From NCBI GenBank assembly GCA_963776755.1, contig CAVZNW010000001.1, positions 483,266 through 547,265 on the forward strand: DNA of 64,000 nucleotides. Direction: 5' to 3'. Made by a program: the position numbers and the translations under genes. Source of the DNA: an uncultured Acidobacteriota bacterium. GTDB lineage: Bacteria > Acidobacteriota > Thermoanaerobaculia > UBA5066 > Gp7-AA6. This document shows, one piece after another, positions 57,731 to 64,000 of the stretch. Each line of letters opens with the position of its first letter. Positions within the stretch are counted from its first letter, which is position 1. The notes under the pieces were generated by a model. It was not told the DNA's origin. It made no database searches and worked only from the letters and a program-made list of their open reading frames with translations.

Positions 57731-59028
57731 ATGATCCTCCCGCCGTTCCTCTGGGGTGTCGCTACGTCCGCGTACCAGGTCGAGGGAGCGGCGACAACGA
57801 CTGGACCGAGTGGGAGCGCCTCGACCGGCTCAAGTCACCGGGCATCCGGTGCGGCCGGGCCTCCGGCCACGCCGAGCGGTGGCGCTCGGACTTCGCGCCT
57901 CCTGCCCACCGTCTCCGCCAACGCGTACCGGTACTCCCTCGAGCGCAGCCGCATCGAGCCGGAGCCGGGCTGGTTCTCCGAAGAGGCGCTCGCCCTCGAG
58001 CGTGAACGGGTGGCGGCCCTGTCTCGACTCGGGATCGAGCCCTGCGTGACTCTCCACCACTACACGCACCCACGCTGGTTCTGGGCCGAGGGAGGCTGGG
58101 AGGACTCGAGGAGCATCGCGGGCTTCCGGCGCTACACCGAGGTCGTGGCCGAGGCGCTGGGTCCCCGGGTGCGCGTCTGGGTGACCCTGAACGAGCCGAT
58201 CGTGTTCATCCTCGGCGGATACCTCGGCGGCCTGATCCCGCCCGGCCGGAAGGACTTTCGCCTCGCCGCGCGCGCGCTCGAGCACATGCTGCGCGCCCAC
58301 GGCGAGGCCGCGGCCGCCATCCGCGAGCGGATCCCGGACAGCCGCGTCGGGATTGCCCACAACATGCTGGAGTTCGCTCCGGACCGGCGCGAGAGCGGGC
58401 TCGACCGGCGCCTGGCGCGGGAGGGCGAGCGACTCTACAACCTCGCCCTGCTCGACGCGATCACGACCGGGGACCTCGACTGGTCGTTTCCCGGGCCAGG
58501 GGCGCACCCGGGTCCGGCTCGCGGAGCTGCCCGCGTCCAACGATTACATCGGCGTCAACTACTACAGCCGCGTTCACATCCGTTTCCGCGGCGTGCCGGG
58601 CGCCGTGGGCGAGTTCTTCTATCGAGACCCCGCCGCGCGGGGCCTGACCGACACGGGCTGGGAAGTCCACCCTCACGGCTTCGACTCGGTGCTCCGCCAG
58701 GCGGGGCAGACGCGCCTGCCCGTCCTCGTCACCGAGAACGGCATCGCGACCACCGACGACCGGCGGCGCACGGACTTCCTGCGCGAGCACGCCCTGGTGC
58801 TCGCCCACCGCCAGGCCGCGGGGACCCCGATTGCGGGCTACTTCTACTGGTCCCTGATCGACAACTTCGAGTGGCTCGAGGGGTTCCGGCCGCGGTTCGG
58901 CCTCTTCGAGGTCGACTACGCGACCTTCGCCCGGCGCCGGCGGCCCTCGGCGGACGTGTTTGCGGCGCTGGGCCGGCGGTTCACCGGCGGCAGCGGATGC
59001 CGGAATCGCCGCCTCTTCTCGAACGTGA
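57731..59028 (+). CDS. Glycoside hydrolase family 1 (indels; end inferred)
   Basis: WGVATSAYQVEG, TLNEP, VTENG and DNFEW. Confidence 0.9.
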
Positions 59029-59803
59029 CGAACTCGGCCGCGCCGGCCGCCCGGGCGAGCGACAGAGTCTTCTCGTATCCCCAGCCCACCTCGGCGGGAG
59101 CGTGCGCGTCCGAGGAGAACGTCACGGGAACTCCGGCCGCGACGAGCGCCGAGAGCAAGCGGGGCTCGGGGTAGGCCTCCCCGACGGGCTTGCGCAGCCC
59201 GGCCGAGGAGATCTCGACCGTGACCCCGGCCTCCCTGGCCGCGGCGATGGCGTCTCGCTCGGCCTTCTCGCGCGGCGCTGCCGGCCGATGCCCGTGCTTC
59301 TTCGGAAGGTCGAAGTGCGTGAGGACGTCGAAGAGGCCGGTCCGCGCCGCCTTCGCGAGCAACTCGTAGTAGCGGTCGTACAGCGACTCGGCGCCCTCCC
59401 GTTCGAAGCGCCGGGGCGAGGTCGCCGGATCGTCGATCCAGCCCCCGTCGACCCAGTGGACGGACCCGAGAACCAGGTCCCAGTCCGCGCGGGCGAGCCA
59501 GCGGGCGAGGTCGTCCTCGCGGCCCTCGGCATAATCGGCCTCGAGGCCGAGGCGCACGGCGATCGCCCCCCGGAACTCTTCCCGCAGGGCCTCGACCTCG
59601 GCCACGTATTCGTCGAACTGGTCCTCCCGCATGGCCAGTTTCGGGTCCCGGCCGCTTTCCGGCAGGAAATAGAGCGGAATGTGGTCGGTGAAGGCGATTT
59701 CCGAGAGGCCGCCCTCGATCGCCCGCAGGACGTAGTCCCGGGAGGCGCCGCCGGCGTGGCCGCACCGGAACGTGTGGACGTGGTAGTCGGGAAGCCCCTG
59801 CAC
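58981..59803 (-). CDS. PHP-family histidinol-phosphatase (HisJ/HisK-like); end inferred, ORF track reads to 58916
   Basis: DYHVHT..CGHA, FTDH, LGLEAD, GSVH and SDAH. Confidence 0.88.
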
Positions 59804-59827
59804 GCCCGGATTATCGCCCCCGGGGTC

Positions 59828-59860
59828 CTTCACACCGTCTTCATGTGCCGCTCCTACAGT
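59828..59860 (+). promoter_or_regulatory. PHO-box-like repeats plus a -10-like hexamer
   Basis: CTTCAC (59828), CTTCAT (59839) and TACAGT 10 nt later; GTCCTTCACAnnGTCTTCA is shared with the ppx site. Confidence 0.65.
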
Positions 59861-59868
59861 TCGGCGCC

Positions 59869-60216
59869 ATGACGCACAACGCCGAGGACATGTATCTCGT
59901 GCCGGAACGCTCGGTTCCGGTGTCTGGATTCTCACGCGATCTGCGCCTCGCGGATGACGTCCAGCGATTTCGATTCCTCTTCGCGCTTCGCGGCGAGGCC
60001 GCTATGCCGGTGCACATCGTCTTCTCGCCAACCCTCCGTGTGGCGGAGGTCAAGACGGGTGACATGAAGGTCCTGCGCCTGGCCGATGTCGCTTCGCCGG
60101 AGGACGCGCGCGAGCGCTGGGTCGCCTGGTGGAAGGCCGGTGGCGGCGGCAAGCCGAGATTCGTCGCTCCGCGCCGCGCGGGCCGGTACCCCGCTCCCCA
60201 GCTCGCACGGGCGTAG
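59869..60216 (+). CDS. Hypothetical protein
   Basis: ORF filling the intergenic space directly behind the PHO-like promoter. Confidence 0.5.
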   Translation: MTHNAEDMYLVPERSVPVSGFSRDLRLADDVQRFRFLFALRGEAAMPVHIVFSPTLRVAEVKTGDMKVLRLADVASPEDARERWVAWWKAGGGGKPRFVAPRRAGRYPAPQLARA

Positions 60217-60320
60217 GCGCGGGGGAACGGTCTTCGCGCCGTTCTTACCTCCGGTAAGGCTGACTTTTTCCCGGTTCTCGCGCGGTTCTCGCGTCGGGCG
60301 TCCAGACTGCGGACGTTCGC

Positions 60321-61033
60321 ATGCTGCTCTGTGACTTTCACATCCACACGACCTACTCGGACGGCATCCTGCCGCTGACGAAGGTGGTCGACCTCTTCGG
60401 CCGTTCGGGACACGACGTCATCGCCATCACCGATCACATCGTCAACCATGACAGCGGCCTCGGGAAGATCGCGCACCGCATCCGCCACAGCCTGGACACG
60501 GAGAGCTGGAAGCGCTACGCCGAGGAGATCGCCCGCGAGGCCGAGCGAGCCTGGCACACGTATGGCATGTTGGTGATTCCGGGTGCCGAGATGACGCGCA
60601 ACACCATCAACCGGGACACGTCGGTCCACGCCCTCGCCCTGGGCCTCGACGAGTTCCTGCCGGCCGACGGCGATCCCCTGGAGATGCTCGCGCGAGATCC
60701 GCGCGCGGGGTGCGGTCTCGGTCGCCTGCCACCCCCACGAGATGAGCGAGTGGTTCGCCAACACGTGGTACCTCTGGAATCGCCGCAAGCAAGTCGGCCA
60801 CCTGGTGGATCTCTGGGAAGTCGGCTGCCGGTGGGAGCTCTTTCCGGTGATCTCGCGCGAGAGCCTGCCGCATCTGGCCAACAGCGACTTCCACCGGCCG
60901 GAGCACCTCTACGCCTGGAAGACCCTCCTCAACGCCGAGAAGGACCGCGGCTCGGTTCTGGCGGCGCTTCGACGCGGGAACGGGCATCGGCGTGCTGCGG
61001 CTGACTCCGGCGGAAGCGGCGGCCTCGGCGTGA
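60321..61033 (+). CDS. PHP-domain phosphoesterase (indels)
   Basis: CDFHIHTTYSDG, IAITDH, PGAE, CHPH and ANSDFH. Confidence 0.85.
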
Positions 61034-62178
61034 GCCTGGCGATCGGGCTCGCCGGCCTGGGGGCGCTCATGCTCTGCGCCGGCGCCTACGCGGTCTCCGC
61101 CGCCGCCTACCTGCGCCTTCGCCGGCGCGGGCGCGGGGAGCCTCTCGAAGGGTTCGTGCCTCCCGTCTCGATCGTCAAGCCCCTCGCGGGCCTGGACGAG
61201 GCCCTCGAGGAGAATCTCGAAAGCCTGTACCGCATCGACTACTCGGCGCAGCGGTTCGAGGTCGTCTTCTCCTTCGCGGCGGCGGACGACCCGGCCGGCC
61301 GGATCGCGCGGAGCGTTGCCGACCGGCATCCCGAGATCCGTTCGATCTTCGTCTTCGACCCGCGGGAGCCGGGCGGCAACGCCAAGGTCAACCGGCTCTC
61401 GGCGGCGCTGCGCTTTGCGCGGCACCGGCTCGTGCTCTTCCAGGACGGCAACGTTCGCGTCCGGCCGGATTTCCTGAAGCGCGCGGTGTCCTGGTTCGCG
61501 GATCCACGCGTGGGTCTGGTCTCGCACCTGTTCCGCGCGTCCGGGGCCGCGAGTTTCGGCTCGCGCATCGAATCGCTGTACCTGAACGGATGCCTCCTGC
61601 CGGGGACAGCGCTCATCGCGGCCGTACTCGGGCGGCCGTGCGTCGTCGGAAAGTCCATCCTGGTCTCGCGCCGGGCGCTCGATTCCATCGAGGGCATCGG
61701 AGCCCTGCGGGACTATCTCGCCGAGGATTTCGTCCTCGGCCGCGAGGTCCAAAGGGCGGGCTACCGGGTCGTGCTCTCGACCGACGTACTCGAGACGACC
61801 GAGGTCCGCAAGTCCGTGCGCGCGGTATGGGCGAGGCACCGGCGCTGGTCGATGATGCGCCGGCGCCTCGCGACCCGTCTCTACGCCGGCGAGGTGCTGG
61901 CGAGCCCGCTGCCGTGGTTCGCGCTGGCCCTGGTGGCGCCGTCCACTCCCGTGCGCCTGGCGGCGCTGGGGCTGCTGGCGCTTCGTTGGGGGGTGGAGAT
62001 GGCCGTCTGGCGCTGGTCGGGCGGTGCGATGGCCTGGCGCGACGCGGCCCTCTTGCCGCTTCGGGACCTGGGCGCCGCCGCCGTCTTCTGGGCGGGGGTC
62101 TTCGGCCGTTCCGTCGCGTGGCGCGGGCGGCCGCTCGTCATCGGCCGCGACACGCGGATCCTGCGCCGCGCGGCGTAG
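61030..62178 (+). CDS. GT21 / ceramide glucosyltransferase-like (HpnI-like) glycosyltransferase
   Basis: N-terminal TM segment; SIVKPLAG, NAKVNRL, LAEDF and RHRRW. Confidence 0.85.
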   Translation: MSLAIGLAGLGALMLCAGAYAVSAAAYLRLRRRGRGEPLEGFVPPVSIVKPLAGLDEALEENLESLYRIDYSAQRFEVVFSFAAADDPAGRIARSVADRHPEIRSIFVFDPREPGGNAKVNRLSAALRFARHRLVLFQDGNVRVRPDFLKRAVSWFADPRVGLVSHLFRASGAASFGSRIESLYLNGCLLPGTALIAAVLGRPCVVGKSILVSRRALDSIEGIGALRDYLAEDFVLGREVQRAGYRVVLSTDVLETTEVRKSVRAVWARHRRWSMMRRRLATRLYAGEVLASPLPWFALALVAPSTPVRLAALGLLALRWGVEMAVWRWSGGAMAWRDAALLPLRDLGAAAVFWAGVFGRSVAWRGRPLVIGRDTRILRRAA

Positions 62179-62181
62179 GAC

Positions 62182-64000
62182 CTAGAGCGTCGGGACGGCC
62201 TTGAGCCCGCGGCGAGTGAGGCGGTCGAGAAGCATCCCCTGCGTGTCCACGGGGGCCTCGCCGGCCGCAGGGTGGCGTCGGACGTAGGTTCCGTCGCTCT
62301 GGAGGTCCCTGGCGCGGCAGTTGTCCGAGCGGATCGGCGCCAGGATCTCCTGCCGGATTTTCTCCTTCGCCTTCTCGTCGAGGACCGGCGTCATGAGCTC
62401 GACGCGGCGGTAGAAGTTGCGCGGCATCCAGTCGGCGCTCGAGATGAAGATCTCTTCCTCGGTGCCGACGCCGAACGAGAAGGCCCGGGAATGCTCGAGA
62501 AAGCGGCCGACGACGCTCGTGACCCGGATGCCTTCGGAGACGCCCGGCACGCCGGGTCGAAGGCAGCAGATGCCCCGCACCGAGAGATCGATGGGAACTC
62601 CGGCCTGGGAGGCCCGGTAGAGCGCCCGGATCACCTTCGGCGTCCACGAGGGAGTTGAGCTTGGCCACGATCGAGGAGGGCTTGCCCGACCTGGCCTTTT
62701 CGGCCTCGCGCTCGATCAGCGCCAGGACGCGATCGTGCAGAGCAAACGGCGCAACGGAGAGGCGCTTGTACCGGGTCTTCTTCGAGAAGCCCGGTCAGGA
62801 AGTTGAAGAGCTCCGAGGCGTCGTGCCCGAAGTCGGCTCGGGAGGTGAAGAGCCCCACGTCGGTGTAGATGCGCGCCGTCAGGCGGTTGTAGTTGCCGGT
62901 GCCCACGTGGACGTAGCGGCGCATCGTGGTCCCCTCGCGGCGGACGACCAGGGCGATCTTCGCGTGCGTCTTCAGGCCCTCGACTCCGTAAGCCACGTGC
63001 ACCCCGGCGCGCTCGAGCGACCGCGCCCACTGGATGTTGTTCTCCTCGTCGAACCGCGCCTTGAGCTCGACCAGGACCGCGACCTGCTTGCCGTTCTCGG
63101 CCGCCCGCGCCAGCGCGGCCACGACGGGGGAGTCCGCCCCGACCCGGTAGAGCGTCATCTTGATGGCGAGCACGTCCCGGTCGTCGGCCGCGGCGTCGAG
63201 GAACCGCAGGACCGGGTCGAAGGCGTCGTAGGGATGGTGGAGGAGGATGTCGCCCTTCCGGATCGCGTCGAAGACGTTGGCGGGCGGATCGAATAGGGTC
63301 CGCGACGCCGCCAGGAACGGCGCGTCCTTGAGGTTCGGCAGGTCGAGCTTCATCACCGACATGAGGTCCGCGGCGCCGAGGGGCCCGGCGACCTCGTAGA
63401 CGTCGCCGGGATCGAGCTCGAGCTGGGTGCGCAGCAGCTCGCGGACGTTCTCGGAGCAGCGATCGTCGACCTCGAGGCGGATGGCCGCGCCGAAGCGGCG
63501 CCGGCGGAGGTTGTCCGTCATGCTGCGGAGCAGGTCGCCCGCCTCGTCCTCCCGGATCTCGATGTCGGCGTCGCGCGTCACGCGAAAGGCGGAGGCGCCG
63601 AGGATTTCCATGCCCGGGAAGAGACGGTCGAGGTTGGCCTCGATGAGCTTCTCGAGGAGCACGAACTCGAGCGTCTTGCCGGGGGCGCCGGGCACCGGAA
63701 CGAACCGGGAGAGCGACGCCGGCACCTTGACGCGCGCGAACGCGGGCGTCTTCTCCTTCTTGTCCTTGAGCTCGACGGCGAGCGAAAGCGACAGGTTGGA
63801 GACGAACGGAAACGGGTGCGCGGGATCGAAGGCGAGCGGCGTCAGGACCGGGAAGACCACGCTCTCGAAGTAGGCCGACAGCTCCTTGCGGCGCTCGGGC
63901 TCGATCTCCTCCCAGGACAGGATCCGCACTCCCGCCTCGGCGAGCTTCGGCTGGAGGTCTTCCTTGAGCAGCCGCATCGCGGCGCCGGCGTCCCGTTCGA
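62182..64000 (-). CDS. ppk1: Polyphosphate kinase 1, 3' part (indels; start lies outside the window)
   Basis: HPFPFVSNLS, LLHHPY, ELKARFDEENN, KTHAK and SSADWMPRN. Confidence 0.96.

Noticed and set aside
58916-59174. 259-bp convergent overlap of the GH1 and histidinol-phosphatase genes
   Set aside because: Removing one C near 58984 restores stops for both genes (58981 and 59028); probably a sequencing indel.

Overview
High-GC bacterial chromosomal segment (about 70% GC by eye). It is probably Acidobacteriota, inferred from the GWxTD-type and VWA-type secreted proteins and the DUF4388 proteins. Many conserved genes (sucCD, dnaK, glgP, ppk1, ppx and others) are broken by single-base indels, most simply explained as long-read consensus errors. 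The left part is housekeeping: a DEAD-box helicase, mdh-sdhC-sucC-sucD-ndk, envC-S41-yibQ, mazG, TPR/DUF4388 genes, dnaK-hsp20-hspR, methylmalonyl-CoA mutase and nth. The main signals are: (1) a cluster of about 16 kb (48.3-64 kb) of phosphate/polyphosphate genes whose intergenic regions share an 11-bp-periodic CTTCAC repeat (PHO-box-like) in fixed register with -10-like hexamers. It would link glgP-corA, a stand-alone cNMP protein, ppx-phoU, a hypothetical gene and a PHP-phosphoesterase/GT21 glycosyltransferase pair. (2) A lower-GC islet of about 2.6 kb, bounded by IS3-like and IS110 remnants, encoding a secreted 10-Cys miniprotein, a LolA-like secreted protein and an exported atypical peroxiredoxin. 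(3) A catalytically degenerate S41 protease, a stand-alone PKS-type C-methyltransferase, GTAG-REP elements, a DnaA-box-like cluster and apparently widespread leaderless genes. All calls come from reading motifs by eye; no searches were run.
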